The notes under the pieces: model-generated
Told to the model about the DNA's origin: nothing
The model's input: only the letters and a program-made list of their open reading frames with translations
Databases searched by the model: none
Program-made: the position numbers and the translations under genes
Assembly: GCA_030704615.1 (NCBI GenBank)
Contig: CM060733.1
Location: 67,332,001 to 67,396,000 of the forward strand
DNA length: 64,000 bases
Direction: 5' to 3'
Source: Takakia lepidozioides
Lineage: Eukaryota; Plantae; Bryophyta
In this document: positions 11,801 through 25,125 of the stretch, piece after piece
Layout of the letters: each line of letters begins with the position of its first letter
How positions within the stretch are numbered: position 1 is the first letter of the stretch

Positions 11801-14800
11801 AACAGAAACTCGGTATGAAGAAATGTATCATGGTACGCCAATAGGTTTGAGCGTAGTATGATATGTGATCTACACCCATTGTCAGGAGCTGATGAAGTTG
11901 GTGGGGAGAGGTGGAAGTTTGTCACTGCTGCACATGATGAAGTCGATGGTCTGGGACTTTGTGATTGCCAGCACAATGAAAAGCCCGCACTCTCTATGTT
12001 GCGCTAGTTTCATTTTTTACTCGGCCTCATGCAACATCTGCTATGCTCTCATTTTGATGTCCGTATGGAGTTGTTACTCATACTTACATTGATGTGTTTG
12101 TCGAAATAGTTGTTTAATGCTCGTTATATGGGCAGGTACAGTCACAATTGGTGGCATATGGCGATGTGTTGGATGGAACAGGGTGGCAGCACTGCCTTGG
12201 ACAGAGTGCTTGCTATTTATGATACCCATATCTGGGGCCCTAATCATGGGGCCGATAGGTCTCAGGTCCTTCCTCTCCAACTATAGATATTTACTTGGAA
12301 TTCTATCAAGAATTAGACCATGTGCCTGGTTAGGCCATTCTGCAGGCATGTCACTACATTGCTTAGGCAGGAAGCTGGATTAAATTAATAGCTCTGTAGT
12401 TTACTGGTTAGAACTTTCGAAGTAATTAGGAGTAGTGGATCCATTGGAGTCGTGTCACTGACATCTTGTGGCTTAATTCTAAACAGGAATACCTTAATGC
12501 ACTCGGCCTCCTCCTTCGGCTTGATTTACGTGGACACCATAGCAGTGTGGATGTGCGAATGGCTAATATGACAGGCTACCTTCTTGATGAGGTCAGCTCA
12601 TTTTTTTGGACTGAAGTTTTGAATGTGCCCAGCGTTGGCAGCTGTGCCTGAACTTGTTCTTGGTTAATATGTCTGGGCAAATATACTTCCATGGTATGAC
12701 TTCTCAATGTATCTAGCTGAGAGTCCCGTTCATGGCGAGTTTGACCCTTCTGAAAAATTGCAGGTGTCATGGCATAAAGAGTGGCTGCAAGACCTTTTGG
12801 TGGTCTGGGGCCTGTCTCGTGGGGGCCATTCGGCAGGGGTAAACAGGTTGCTGAAGAGTCTCACCCATAGGCAAGTCACATTTGGTGGCCCTAAATATAG
12901 GCCTAAAATAGTCTATAGAGGTGAACGTTTGTGCCATAATGATCTTCTATGGTCTACATAGAGGGGATTTAAATCACAACCTGAATTGGAGGTCCGCTTA
13001 GCTTAGTGATCTGAGGCCGCAGGTGCCCTTCTAATGACTTCTAATCCAGTTAGTTCTCTGGAAATGTCTTTTTGTAACGCCTGTCTTCTTTGGTTACCTC
13101 TCAAATGTGAGTTCAGAATGTATTCACTTTGACATATTTATATGTATCACCTGAGTAGGCATCCACTTTTATCTAGGGTGACACCCTTAATTCATTTCAA
13201 GTAGCTTTAAGCCAATTACCGATTTACATCTGCATCATTCTTTTTTCATGGTCGACTCTTAATACCCTTGTTTTTGCAGAGTTGAAGCTATGGAAGTTAA
13301 TCGGCGGAAGGTGCTGCAATGTGTTGTCACGGTAGGGTTGTTGTTTCATGAGTCGCTTTGGTGCTACCTCAAGTGTGATATGGTGATGCTGCACAGGACT
13401 TGTATGCTAGTGTGTGGGAAGATTGATCTTGCATGCTGTAATGAGTTGTCTTTTCAAGTAGGTTACAGGTACTTCAATGGTCTAGAAGATTAAGTTTAAA
13501 TGGGAAAACAATATCATCTTGTTCCATGTCAATCTGGGGTTTATAGCCTTCAAAAACTGGAATGAAAGCTGCCATGCCAAGGGAAGGTTTGAATTAGTCA
13601 TTTGTTTGCACAATTATATTTAGTTTGGGGCACTGATGTGGAAATTGGATTAGAGTCTGGGTTGGTGTTTGAAATATGTGACCAGCTGGCAAGGGCCTTG
13701 TATGAATATGGACGTGGCAACTTCAAGGCTGCAAGTCAGTTACTGGGGCCTGATTCTACCACAGGCAGGTTTAAGGTGAGACATTGGGTGCTTCCACACA
13801 TGTCTCTTTTGCATGTGATGGAGATGGAGCCCTCATCAGAGAGTTGTGGTCTTACCTAGTATGTAGTATTGCCCTGTACTGCACAGATGTTTCCAATTAG
13901 GATTTTTGTTGTGGGGCCTATAGACAGGCACTCATGGTTGTCAATGGGAATCGCAAGTGGGTAAAGCAATGTAAAGCAAATGTTTTAGTTGTGGTTACCT
14001 CTCAAATGTTCTATGGGTAAAGCAATGTAAAGCAATGTTTTAGTTGTAATGCACTGTGGCTGGTGTCCCTTGGTGTACCTCTGCCTACGTCAACTCTTGA
14101 ACTAGGCATGTTGACGTATTGCCTAGTGCTGGTTCCTTCGGTAGGCAGGGGTATCAATCCTGCAATATGAGCCAAGGCTAAGAAACACATGGCCGGACGA
14201 AAGACAGTTTTTCTGCCAAGGTATATTGGAAAGTACTAACTTGTTTCAGGTTTCACTGCTGATGGACTTCTGGCACAATCATCACGCCTCTTTGTGTGGC
14301 TCAGTATGTATATGGTAAGTACGTGATTACAAGTTATAACTGAAGCTATCCAACCCCATGACTGCTTGGTGTGTGGCAGTGAATCTGTTTCTGTGGGCTG
14401 GTGGATGTGCAGGTGATGGGGGCGTCCGATGAGCAGGTAGATGTGTTTGAGGAGTTATGGTGTGTTGCCTGCCTTCGGGCAGGCCAACCTCTACCAGGTA
14501 TGTGTATGTGTATATGAGATGGATCACTGCTTTATTATTCTGAGGACTAAATACATTGTACCAGAAAAGGTGGACTTATTTGCTGTTTCTGCCATTCGTA
14601 GAGAAGAAGCTGGGTGATTGATGACCACCAGCACTTCTCTGCATGAAAGCAGTTGTGTAATGCTTGCTGCTGGGACCTTCTTTTGTGTACCTGGACTGAA
14701 CATGTTGGTCAGCTCTGCTGGGTGGTTGCAGTGGTACAAGTGGTAGAGCGGCGGGTGATGGAGAGGGGGTTAGTCCCATTCACATGGCGGATTCTGGTAA

Positions 14801-15223
14801 GTGATGCAACACCCCAGCCCTAAATTTTTCCCTTAACTAAACCGCCTTTCCTACCTGTGTCCGTGTCCCTTTCTTGAAGACTGCCCCAACGCTTTGTCAG
14901 ACCATGACCTGTCTGATAAAAAAGAAAGGCTTGTGAGTATGCCTCACAGCTGGGATGGACGAGAATTTGAATTGAATTGTAAATTGGTTGTGAATCTAGA
15001 TCATATTCAGGCAAATATTACTGGAGATGTTTGGAACGGAGTACAATTTGAAGCCCTTGCCTGTTGTGAACTCTAGCCCTGATGTGAAACACGTAGAATA
15101 CAGTGTGTTGATGATGCATGTTCACAGGAAGAGGCATATTCAAAAGCTGGAGAACTTGAGAAGGCAAAGAGCGCTGCTTCACGTGCGATAGTGCTGGAGA
15201 TTTCGTCTGATATCTCAATTTAA
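8819..15223 (+). CDS. TTC38: Tetratricopeptide repeat protein 38-like (plant TTC38 family), 14 exons
   Basis: Exons: 8819(or 8861)-9007, 9850-10017, 10108-10200, 10391-10492, 10898-11044, 11171-11265, 12136-12265, 12487-12591, 12764-12870, 13280-13331, 13686-13775, 14413-14497, 14732-14796, 15128-15223. All junctions are phase-consistent. The spliced product has family motifs WGYPVRTDSDTC, FPKDLVSLKRAQTLCFYMGR, DPWAHHALCHVLQHECRFKEA, YSHNWWH, EYLNALGLLLRL, YEYGRGN, GASDEQVDVF and VPFTWRIL. Confidence 0.92.
9192..9360. repeat. Tandem duplication (~85 bp x2) in TTC38 intron 1
   Basis: gacgttattttcgaacattggttccacatggccagccgttat...caatagttctat is present twice in tandem. Confidence 0.85.
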
Positions 15224-17696
15224 AGATATCTCAAGTTAAACTATGCCCTTATTTCCATCCTTCTTTGGCTTTGTTGTGATATTACTAGAGGCAATATCGA
15301 GTTAACCCCAGAAGCAGCAGGCAGTGAAGCCAGAATTGAATATCAGGACTGTGATCGGGAATAAACCAAAAAGAAATGCTTCTACTAAACAGCCCCAATA
15401 ATGCGGAGAATGATCAGTGTGGGGTTTATGAAGGACAATACTAGACCAAGAAGCAGGTAGTTATAGCATGTAATATATGGCTTCATATTTTGAATACTTC
15501 TCTAAGGGCCTCCCTCAAGTAAGAGCTGGTATAAGCCTGCCCTTGGTCACATGATTCTGCTCATTCATGGTGTTAAAAAAATTATTTGCATTTATGTCTA
15601 AATCACATGTGTGCATTTTGTAACCTCTACTCCCTGGTCCACAAGCAGCTCTTGTCAAGAGTCTTTTTATGGCAGGATGAGTTGCGAGCGCCGAGCGAGT
15701 TGGGTGTAAGGGTCTCTAACCATGTAGACCCTAAACCCGTGCCTGACACCAGTCCATGGTGGTGCCACCAGGGCGTGTTGACCTTTCCATGCTGCAGATG
15801 TGCTCCTGAGGCCTTGCCTGACCACCAATCCGGCAGGCCAAGATGTCGTAATGAGGGGGAGCTGATCAAGGCCGATTGGCAGTGGCCTCGATCAGCGCAT
15901 CGGGGTTGTGAATTATAAGCATTCCACATCAGGGAGCACGTCTGGATCAGGTTCATTTGAACTAGCCGTCAAGAGGGTTCAACCTTGCAGATGGAAAGCT
16001 GCCAGGGATTTCGTATTGTATGTACATCTGGCCTGCATGTAGACCTTCCTGACCAGTCAGATTGCCTGGTAAGTCATGATACTTGCTAATTAATAGAGCA
16101 ATGCTTAATTATGTATCATTTTGAGACCTTGGGATTGTTTTTCATCAGTCTTAGTTTATATTTCCGAAGGAAACAATGTCCTGGAACATAACACATAATT
16201 AAGGTCTTACACATACTATGTTTTGCACATGGAACACTCTCTTGCAACAATTATGTTGTGTCATCGTTCCATCATCCATCCAACCATGTAGAGAAGTGTC
16301 TGCTACCAGAACTGAGTTGAACTCAGGAAGAATCAGGAATAGTAAAATATCTAGTAACATTGTATCTATGTACATTCCACAGGGAGACCTAAATAACCAC
16401 AGATGCACTTGACAATATAAGAGTTAGGCTCTTCAGTATCCAGCTTATGCGGCAAGGTAGCACATTGAATGAAAGAGCTAACCTCTCAAACCAAACCTAC
16501 TGCTAACCCTCTAAGCAAAACAATCCAGCCCACGCCCTAATATTTGGTTTCAGGACTGTATGGCCGTCCACTGCTTACTGCTCCTATAGGCATCTGCTTA
16601 TGATACAAGAAAGAGGAGACAAACAAGGTGCCAAAGCCCTGAACCCCTCACACCAAAGTAGCCAAAGATAGAACCAAAATCACTTGGCTCCTTAACAAAC
16701 AGGAAAAGTTACTGTACGTACATATGGCCTTGACTCTGAATTGAAGCTAAATCAAATAAATCAGTACTTGTATCAGATAACAGAAGCCACACTTTATGAA
16801 GTGTTGCCGCCGGTCATATACCATCAGCATCTGAACTTCGGGTAATTCCTAAAACCCTCACAACTTTGTGAAATTGGTGCACTCCATTAGTCAGACAATA
16901 CCAAGGGTTTACCATATAGGAGTCCAAATTTGAGATATAATGCAAAGTATGAACTATACTGCTGCCATTAAGCCAATGAAATGCTCAAACCAGGCCATTA
17001 CCCACCATGTGAAGTCAGTGCAGGAATACCGTGATGATTGCCCACCACCAGGTGAGGTAATGCCATACAATTTTTGGTTTGCAACCAGAAAAATCCAGCA
17101 TAAGCATTTTTCCCAATCCATACCCCGTTTCTAACATAATCCATGAAGGGCAACACTTCACAATTGAACACCTAAGCAGACTGAGCCGCAAAACCTTTGG
17201 CTTGAAGGTGCATTTGCTGGCATTCAATAAGAGCATATATTACAACCACTAAATACATACGCACATTCACAGGAGCAACAGCCAAGTGGGGAAACAAGTT
17301 ATCCACACCTGAGCTCAGCTGATCCCTCCTTTCCATGGAGATACCAATGGTGGTATAATTTACAGGGATGAGTGCCACTTGCTATCATATAGAAACAGGT
17401 CTCCATCAAAGGCAGATCTCTGTCAACCATGGCCTCGAAAGACATTGCTCAAGGTGTGGCTTCAGCAATTCTGACCCGCAAAAGTTCCACTTCTCATCCA
17501 TATCCCAACTGCAAACTTGACTTTGATGGGCTGCCCCAGAAGTGAGAGGATCTCGTCATACTCTATCTTGTGAGAAAAACAACAGCACTGGTTATGGTGA
17601 AACCTGATTTTGACCATATCCCTCTTTCTCGGTTCAAGGTCCCAAACTTCACTTCTCAAATGTGCAAACAGAACCATGTCCTTTCTACATTCTGTT

Positions 17697-19631
17697 CTAT
17701 GCCCCGAAATACCAGATGAGGTCCTCCCCAATGCCACCAAAGTCTAGCGAGCCCCCAAGTGGGCCAGGAGCATCCATACCTATGTCAAAGGAGGAGCTAA
17801 AACCATAGTCAGGTGAGATCTCCTCACCCGGATGTTCAATATGGTGACAAAAAGTTTTGTTTTCCTTCTGCAGACCAGTGTTCTCAACACTCACATCATT
17901 CACACTTGTGACGTCCACAAAACCCTGCCCATATGATAAATTTCCTTGAGACACAAGCTGTGGGGTGTCCCTTGGACAATCCACTCCTAGATGCCCACTG
18001 ACATCCTCCCCTTGAGCTTCCAGTGAGCCTGAATTTCCAACAGTCAATGAACTTTCCCCTTGCAGCCCATCTGCCCCACATAACCTCACAAACAGATCAT
18101 GGATGGACTGATTCCCACTCCCTGGTATGCTTTGTGGCAATGGGAGAGGAAGAGAAGGAAAGCCAGGAGCACATTGCACTGCTCCTCTCTGATTTCCAGA
18201 AGGTGCCCCCATCTGAAAAAGACCCTTCCCAGCAAGGCTCTGTAGATGGGAAGGCTGTCCTACCATCCCAGAGTACATGGCCCCTGCTGCGCCGTGTACA
18301 TCAGGTCTGAAAGGGCAAGTTGCCTGATGCATATTCCTCAAATTTCGATCTGAAAATGCCTGCCGCCATTCATTGTGTTTGCAATTCGTATGTGGACACT
18401 TATATACTCGTTGCTCTGGAATCAAGACCTCTCGAAATATCCGCTTTGTTCTCCCCACTTCTAAGATATCCCCATGCTGCGATGTCATCGAGGACTTGTC
18501 ATAGCCTCCATCCATCAAGTCAGCTTCCCTCTCTCCCAAGCTTCCCACCTTTGAAGTCATGCAGGATGATCTGGTACCACTAAAAGGGTCATAATCGTCA
18601 GTATCTGTATCCTGACCTTCATCGTTCTGAGAAACCTCATTGTCCAAATCATCCAAGGCTTCCACATCAAATTCACTAGCACAGGTGACAGCTAGGCACC
18701 CTGCATTGCTATTTTCTGGAGTACCCACATTGTTGAGCATACAACCTGCCCCATTCTGCTGCCGGGAACAATCTTCTTCTTGATTCAACACTGCCAGCCA
18801 CGTTGCACTTTCTTTGGCCGTCATCTTGTCCTGCAAACACTTTGATTGCCGCACAAGCTTCCTAATTTTGGCGATGTCAGGTGACATATGTTTAATAACA
18901 GCAGTTAGTACCCCCACTTTCCAGGCCTTCTTCAAATCATGGGGCTTCTTATACGGTGGGTGTCCTTGCCCTTTGGGCAATCCCACTTGTGGCCACCAGT
19001 CTTCATCGCCCGACGGCCACCAAGGTGGGGGCGCTCCTTTTTCTAAGGGATACCGCCGCTGCGGTGGGTCACAGTGCTGCATAAGAGCAGAAAGCAGGGA
19101 GCCTAGTGTGGTATCCTGTAGTTCCTGAAGTGTGTGAGGAGTAGGGGCCGCGCTCACGTCACCTTTGGGTTTCCCAGGCAGGACATGCTCTGCCTGATAT
19201 TTCGTTATGGCTGCCGGACCATTTCGGTCAAATCTAACTTTCTCCTTCCACCATGCTCGGATATTGTCTGACGCCCCGCTTACAGGCTTCCCCTTTTCAG
19301 GAATAATCCCGTATACAAAGCCCCGTGCCTTGCAAACCTCCATCATTTTGAGCATGTACTTCAAAATTCCGTCCTGTGCTCGAGACATCTTTTTGCGCTG
19401 CGCCTGTTCCTGTGATTGCTTGTGCTTGGGCCGCTCATTCACCTCCTTTTGCTTTTGATGGTCTTTGATACGCTTCAGCCGGAGACGGTCCCGCCACATC
19501 CGCTTCTCCAGCTCGTCAACATCTATCTCGTCATCACTAAGGTCATCATCTTGCAACCCATCCCCGTCATCCGCCATGAAGTCTCTCATGTCCAAGTTGC
19601 CACCATATTCGAGATCTTCGCTATGATCCAT
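17697..19631 (-). CDS. EIN3: ETHYLENE INSENSITIVE 3 / EIL transcription factor, intronless CDS, 644 aa
   Basis: First ATG at 19631 (MDHSEDL...). Contains [118 protein letters not shown] and [10 protein letters not shown]. Confidence 0.98.
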   Translation of the reverse strand: MDHSEDLEYGGNLDMRDFMADDGDGLQDDDLSDDEIDVDELEKRMWRDRLRLKRIKDHQKQKEVNERPKHKQSQEQAQRKKMSRAQDGILKYMLKMMEVCKARGFVYGIIPEKGKPVSGASDNIRAWWKEKVRFDRNGPAAITKYQAEHVLPGKPKGDVSAAPTPHTLQELQDTTLGSLLSALMQHCDPPQRRYPLEKGAPPPWWPSGDEDWWPQVGLPKGQGHPPYKKPHDLKKAWKVGVLTAVIKHMSPDIAKIRKLVRQSKCLQDKMTAKESATWLAVLNQEEDCSRQQNGAGCMLNNVGTPENSNAGCLAVTCASEFDVEALDDLDNEVSQNDEGQDTDTDDYDPFSGTRSSCMTSKVGSLGEREADLMDGGYDKSSMTSQHGDILEVGRTKRIFREVLIPEQRVYKCPHTNCKHNEWRQAFSDRNLRNMHQATCPFRPDVHGAAGAMYSGMVGQPSHLQSLAGKGLFQMGAPSGNQRGAVQCAPGFPSLPLPLPQSIPGSGNQSIHDLFVRLCGADGLQGESSLTVGNSGSLEAQGEDVSGHLGVDCPRDTPQLVSQGNLSYGQGFVDVTSVNDVSVENTGLQKENKTFCHHIEHPGEEISPDYGFSSSFDIGMDAPGPLGGSLDFGGIGEDLIWYFGA

Positions 19632-19646
19632 GCGCCAACAGTGGCC

Positions 19647-19650
<4 letters not shown>

Positions 19651-19678
<28 letters not shown>
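19651..19678. repeat. (CT)14 / (GA)n microsatellite just upstream of the EIN3 ATG
   Basis: The ctctct... run ends about 20 nt upstream of the start codon. Confidence 0.95.
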
Positions 19679-19682
<4 letters not shown>

Positions 19683-20138
19683 GTGGAGTTCTGATGACAA
19701 GCTTGGACTGTGCCCTTCCTACCGTTTCCTAAGGCCCAGGGGTTATTATCGGCGGGAGACTCGGGGAAGCTTGGTTGTAAAACCACATCCCTTCCAGCTA
19801 TACGACCGTTTACTCTTGTCTACCGCAGGTGACAGGGGTAGAGTGTGCTGTCACGACGAACAAGAGTGCAGAAGACCATCTTCGTCAGTGTGTCAAGGAC
19901 CAACCCACCAGCGAGCTTCACAATCCCCTGCGTAGGATAGTACACACTACACACGTAGACGATCCCCAATACCCATGTGGAGTAGATCCAAAACCACCCG
20001 ATACCCCTATACAGAGGATCCAACTTAGGCCAGGGTCAACTTTGTGAGGCGGACATGATGTGATTGCAATGGTAGCAATATTTCAAAATAATGGTCATTA
20101 TATGTCTACCCTTTTGTTTTTTTGTTTTTTTTTATTAA

Positions 20139-20963
20139 CCCTTAAGTTCCCAAGCGACCTAAATCGGGTCACTTTGAATTTGCAGTTCGACCTAAATTTT
20201 GCAGATCTAATCTGATGGGGCCCACTCCTGAAGCTTTAATGACAAGGGATTTGTCTGGAGTATCATGCAAAAAAACAAAATTAAAAAAAAAAACAAAATC
20301 CTCCACCTACAAAAAAAATCTTAGATCTCTCATTTACGTTTTGGGGCCTGAAAGGGCTTGTTGACCGCTGACGTGGCAGGTAAACAAGCCCAAAACAGAT
20401 TACACTCCAAAGGCCATTTTTGGCATAAAATTAGCAATTTTGGAAAAAACGCTTCACCTTGTGGTGTGTGAGCATTACATACACACATCCACCATTGGCT
20501 TTTAAAAAATCTATAGAAAAAAAAGTACTTCATTTGGAGGCACATTTTCTCTTGTCAATTTTGAAATTTAACCCCCATGTAATTGCATGAATAGCAACCA
20601 TAGGTGAAAAAATCAGTTGGACTTGCAATTTAGTGGGGTCATAGCCACTCCACTATTGATTTGGAAATGGTGGGTCTTGGGGCAAGCAAAATTGGATAAA
20701 GCTAGGTTTTGATTTGGTCAAACCAATTTCTTTCTCACTTTTTCTTTGGGACCTGATATTTGAGGTCCGGGCCAATGCTATAATCTCACAATTTCCACGG
20801 TGGACTTGGATCCTTTTTTGGTATGTCATGCATAAATGAGCTGGGCCCATTGCTATAAGGCTGGAATCTCTGGATGATTTTTGGTAGGTTTCTAGGGGCA
20901 ATTTACTGCAGCTGGGTACCCAAAATTGGTAAAAAGTCAAAAAAGGGCTGGGGAACTTAAGAG
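20139..20963. mobile_element. Non-autonomous TIR element (MITE) with TTAA target-site duplication, piggyBac-like
   Basis: TTAA(20135-38)|CCCTTAAGTTCCCAAGC ... GCTGGGGAACTTAAGAG|TTAA(20964-67). TIRs match at 15 of 17 positions; the interior is AT-rich and non-coding. Confidence 0.75.
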
Positions 20964-21330
20964 TTAATAGGGGGTAGTAGCCCTGATTAGATTTATTATA
21001 AATTATTTTGGGAAAAAATTAAAATCCCCATTACACCATAAGGCGCACACAGTAATCAATGTACTAATAGCCACCCATCCTCGAAACGAGGACCTTGTTT
21101 AAGAAACCCTAACTGAACCGTATCCCAAGAAATCGAACCGTATTAATACGAACATTAAGAACCACTTGCAACCCAATGGTCTTTGTAAGAGGGAACAAAA
21201 GATCACAAAGCAAAGCGAGCTCTTGAAAAGAAGTCCATTGATTTTTTGAAAGGCAGGTTTCTATCTATAGTTTAGACTGGAGGCTTTGGAAGAAGGCTTT
21301 AGATGTTTCCAGTTCACATCTCTCTCGAAC

Positions 21331-24300
21331 TCAGGGGAAGTAGTGGAGAGGGACGCGGAGGTCCCGCCATGCTGCGGGAGGGAGCTCAGTCCAGTCGCAA
21401 TGATCTTCCGATTGAGTACTGCAGATGATATTATGGTGGCCCCAGGACTTTCGAAACGCTGCATGGATCCCCTCGGCATTCCTGCTATCCTTGTTGATGT
21501 CTGCACACATTTTCACCCAGGCTTTCCTAGCCTCAGTCTGTAGATCGTAGAATACATTAGCGAGGAGAGCAGATATCGTCGAAGTATGGCCTGAGAAAAC
21601 GGTGTTTCTACATCTCAATTTCCATAGATGCCACAAGGTTGCTGCTCTTAGTGTTTCGAAAACTGGACAATTGAGGGCTCTGGTTTTTGTACTCGGATCA
21701 TAGTTTAACAATAGGGCAGTGGGTGTAAGGATTCTAGGGTTCCATTGGCAGTAGAGAGCCTCCACAAGAGACCAGATCTTAGCCGGTGCTTGGCAAGAAA
21801 GCAGACTGTGTTCCAGTGTTTCCAGGCAAGCAGTAGAACAACAAGCACAGAAAACAACACCTTGGAATTGCAACCACTCACCTACTTTAAGAACTCTATT
21901 TGCTAGCTGCCAAAGGAAAGATGCAATCTTAGCCGAGCGTGATTTGATCCAGATAGATCCCCATATAGTGCTCCAGTTCTCATCGCAGAAACCATGTATT
22001 CCCCATTTTGAGTCCCATTTTTTTGTCATAGGTTGTGTATTTGAAAGTGCTCTATACCCTTTCTTGGTGGTGTATGAAAAGAAAGGTTCAGGCGAGTTGG
22101 AGAATTTCCAAGACCATTCATGTGGGTCTATGTCTATTTCTGCAAGGGGTTTCCCAAGGATCCAAACAAACGAGTTCGAGGCCAACCACACACGTGTTGG
22201 GATTGTAAGAGGAGGCTGAGGGTTCACGGCTCTTTCTGGTGAAGTCCACCAACAAATTATGACTGGGGTAAGTGAAGTAGGTTGAATGGTTGTTGGTTGG
22301 GGAGAGGTGAGGGACAATAATAAGGACGTGGTGTTGATGCTGAAGGTGTACACAGTGCGGAGGTCTGGGCTGATATCGTTGATAAAGAGGACGGTCAGCT
22401 GGTCCTAGTGAATAGTGAGAGCCCAAGTATTAGGGCTAGGCAATGGGGGTCCTGATGCAAGGGTTGTGATCCAATGTTGGGGTATGTTTTGAATCAAATC
22501 CTGGTAACCTCCAACTGCCCTACCCCTTCCTACTGAGTCTGCTAGAGAGTCTAAAGATTTAATACTGTTGTATATCCATATATGGAACATCTGACTGATG
22601 CCTTTAGAGTCCCAGGCCGACCAGTGCTTTGCCTGGTTTTTTTGAGATGGGTCAGGTCTGTTGTTGGGACCAAGCCACTTGCGGTCTTTTGTTTTGAGTA
22701 GAGTTTTCTGCACCCCAGATGAAGTTTCTAATGAGACGTTTGAACTCTTGGATCTGCTTGGGTTTGGTCTCCAGGAGATAGCGTAGTACCAAATTCCAGC
22801 TGATAGAACCTGATTTGCTACAAGTATTCTTCCTGTAATAGAGAGGTGTTTGGAGCCCCAGTAGGATAGTTTTCTTTTTGCTTTGGGAGCGAATTTTTGA
22901 TGGTTAGAGAGGTCAAGGCCAAAGCCGGTATAGCCCAAAAGCGTTGTGCTTTCCCCTGCCTTCAGCCATGTAAGACCTTGGTTTGTCCCCCAAGTTGGTA
23001 GTTCTCCTAGCGTCGAGGCATTGAGATCCCCCACCACGAGACCTGATGTTTTGTTCCAATTAATTCTGAACCCAGAAGCTGCACAGAATGTTTGCAGAGA
23101 GTGCCCTGCTGCCGCGAGGCTCTCAGGTGTGGCCTAGAGCATTAGGAACGTATCGTCGACAAACATGGAGTCAATCAGGTAAGTATACTATTTGGTTATG
23201 TAATTGGTTATTCTGAGACCTTTGATCTGGTGATTTTGCTGCAGCAGATAGCCAAGGCTATCTGCCACTACCAGAAAGAGGAAGGGGGACAGTGGACACC
23301 CCTGCCGTACAGACTGCTATAAGGGGAAGCTAGAAGAAAGATAACCATTTAAGATTACACGGCTCGAAGAAGAGGTTAGGAGAATCTGAACCCACTTACA
23401 GTTTGAGGGAGGAAAGCCTAACTTAGATAGTGCGGCAATGAGGTAAGACCATTCTACCCTATCGAAAGCTTTTTCAATATCCAGTAATAGAAGGGCTATG
23501 GCTTGGTTCGTTCTAAGTGCATAGTCTGGAATTTCTTGAGCAAGGAGCAGGTTATCGAGGATGTAACGGCCTTTGATGAACCCCGTTTGGTTGGGACGAA
23601 TGATAGAGGGCAAAAAGGGCTGCAACCTAAGAGCTAGGGCCTTTGCTATGATTTTATAAGCTATATTAAGCAGCGTTATAGGTCGGTAATTGGAGATATT
23701 GGTCCTGTCACCCTTCTTGTATAGCAACGTGATTACATCCTGTGACATAGAGGGGGGCATGAAGCCTTGATGAAACAAATGGTTGGCCATAGAGGTGAAG
23801 TCATCTGAGATTTCTGACCATATGGATTTATAGAACTCTACTGACATCCCATCAATGCCTGGAGTTTTATTGTTTTGCAGTTTATCTACTTGGCTTCCCC
23901 TAATTCCATTATGGTCAATCAATTTAGTGATACTCTGGGAAGCTCTCCTAAGCTTGTCTTATGGAAGAAATATTTGTTCATTTTTTCCCCCTTCGTTGAC
24001 CAATTTATACCCGCCTAAAGCTTCCATTTCCGTTCCTGGATCTTATGGAATGTGTCCACGTTACACCTGGCCTGAACATATGTTAGGTGAGTTTGGTCAT
24101 CGCATCGAGAGGATTCCATTCTAGATTGACAGCCTTCAGGCATTTGTTCAGGGCCACCACTTTTTTTTTCCTGATAATCGCTAAGGCTTGACTTATTTGT
24201 TAGCTTTTGCAGCCTCTACTAGACTATGGGTGAGAGTACATAAGCACCAACTATCCAGTTCATCAGGGTTGGGGTTGAATGCTCCATTACCTCTTCTGTC

Positions 24301-24781
24301 TTCGTGGGATTCTATCATGTTGAAATCGCCCATAACCAACCAACTGTCAATAGAAGGCTGACTCTCATTTTACTGTTTAAAGTAGACCAGAATAGTGATC
24401 TCTCACTGGGGGTGTTAGGGGCGTAAACATTGACTATCCCTATTGTACCGGCCTGGCTGGAGAGGGTGACAGAGCAAAATTGGAGCCTGCCTGGAATCCA
24501 AGTAGACTCAGCTGAAAGGAGGATTGCAGAGATGGGGACAACAAGATGGTTGTACCCCCACTAATGCCCTCCGAGGTTGGCTTCCAGAGGGCGTTTGGCA
24601 GAGGCCATATATAGTCTGTAAGACCGTCGATTTTATTTTGATCGAGCTTGTGTTCTTGCAGAAGAATGATGGAGTCTTTTCTTAAGGAGGGGGCTAACCA
24701 TGATTTTATTTTCAATCTTTTGAGAGAAGAGGGGTCAGCCCCGAGACCCCGGATGTTCCATGAATGAATGTCAAGTAACAT
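21331..24781 (-). mobile_element. LINE (L1/Tx1-like) ORF2, degenerate: APE endonuclease, reverse transcriptase, zf-RVT
   Basis: Endonuclease: SWNIRGL, LLQEHK, VNVYAPN, WLVMGDFN. RT: TPGIDG, NYRPITLLN, QTGFIKGR, LDIEKAFDRV, RQGCPLSP, MFVDDT. C-terminal FLWQLANRVL...CACC...ETLEHSLLSC. Frameshifts and stops are present. Confidence 0.93.
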
Positions 24782-25125
24782 TGAGGTCTCGAGGAAGGCT
24801 GGGACAGACTGTCTCATTTGATGGCCTTTGAATTTGGAACCAGAATCTTACTCTGCAGTCTCTAGGACGAAGAGAGTTGATCCATACCAGGTGGTTTGGG
24901 GGCTTTACAGATTTCCTTGAAATCTGGATGAAAATGCCCCGTCGAGGATGCGGGTTTGGGAGAGGCGGGTGTAGATTCAGATATTGGTACAAATTTCTTT
25001 TCAGATCGTTTTTGATCTTAAGGTAGACAGTTTAGGCATTGTACTGCCAAAGCAGGGCAGTTTGCGAGTTATCTGGGAATCGCTGGTAAAGCACGTAGGA
25101 ATTTAGATTATGTCTGAGACGACCA

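Noticed and set aside
14720-14800. Pol III A-box-like TGGTACAAGTGG suggesting a tRNA or SINE
   Set aside because: It is exon 13 of the TTC38-like gene (VVQVVERR...VPFTWRIL) with proper splice sites.
15586-17460. Short ORFs between TTC38 and EIN3
   Set aside because: No recognisable motifs or consistent exon chain; probably 3' UTR or intergenic sequence.
19632-19700. N-terminal extension [14 protein letters not shown] of EIN3 in the ORF track
   Set aside because: It has a non-ATG start and reads through the GA microsatellite; ATG 19631 is the plausible start.
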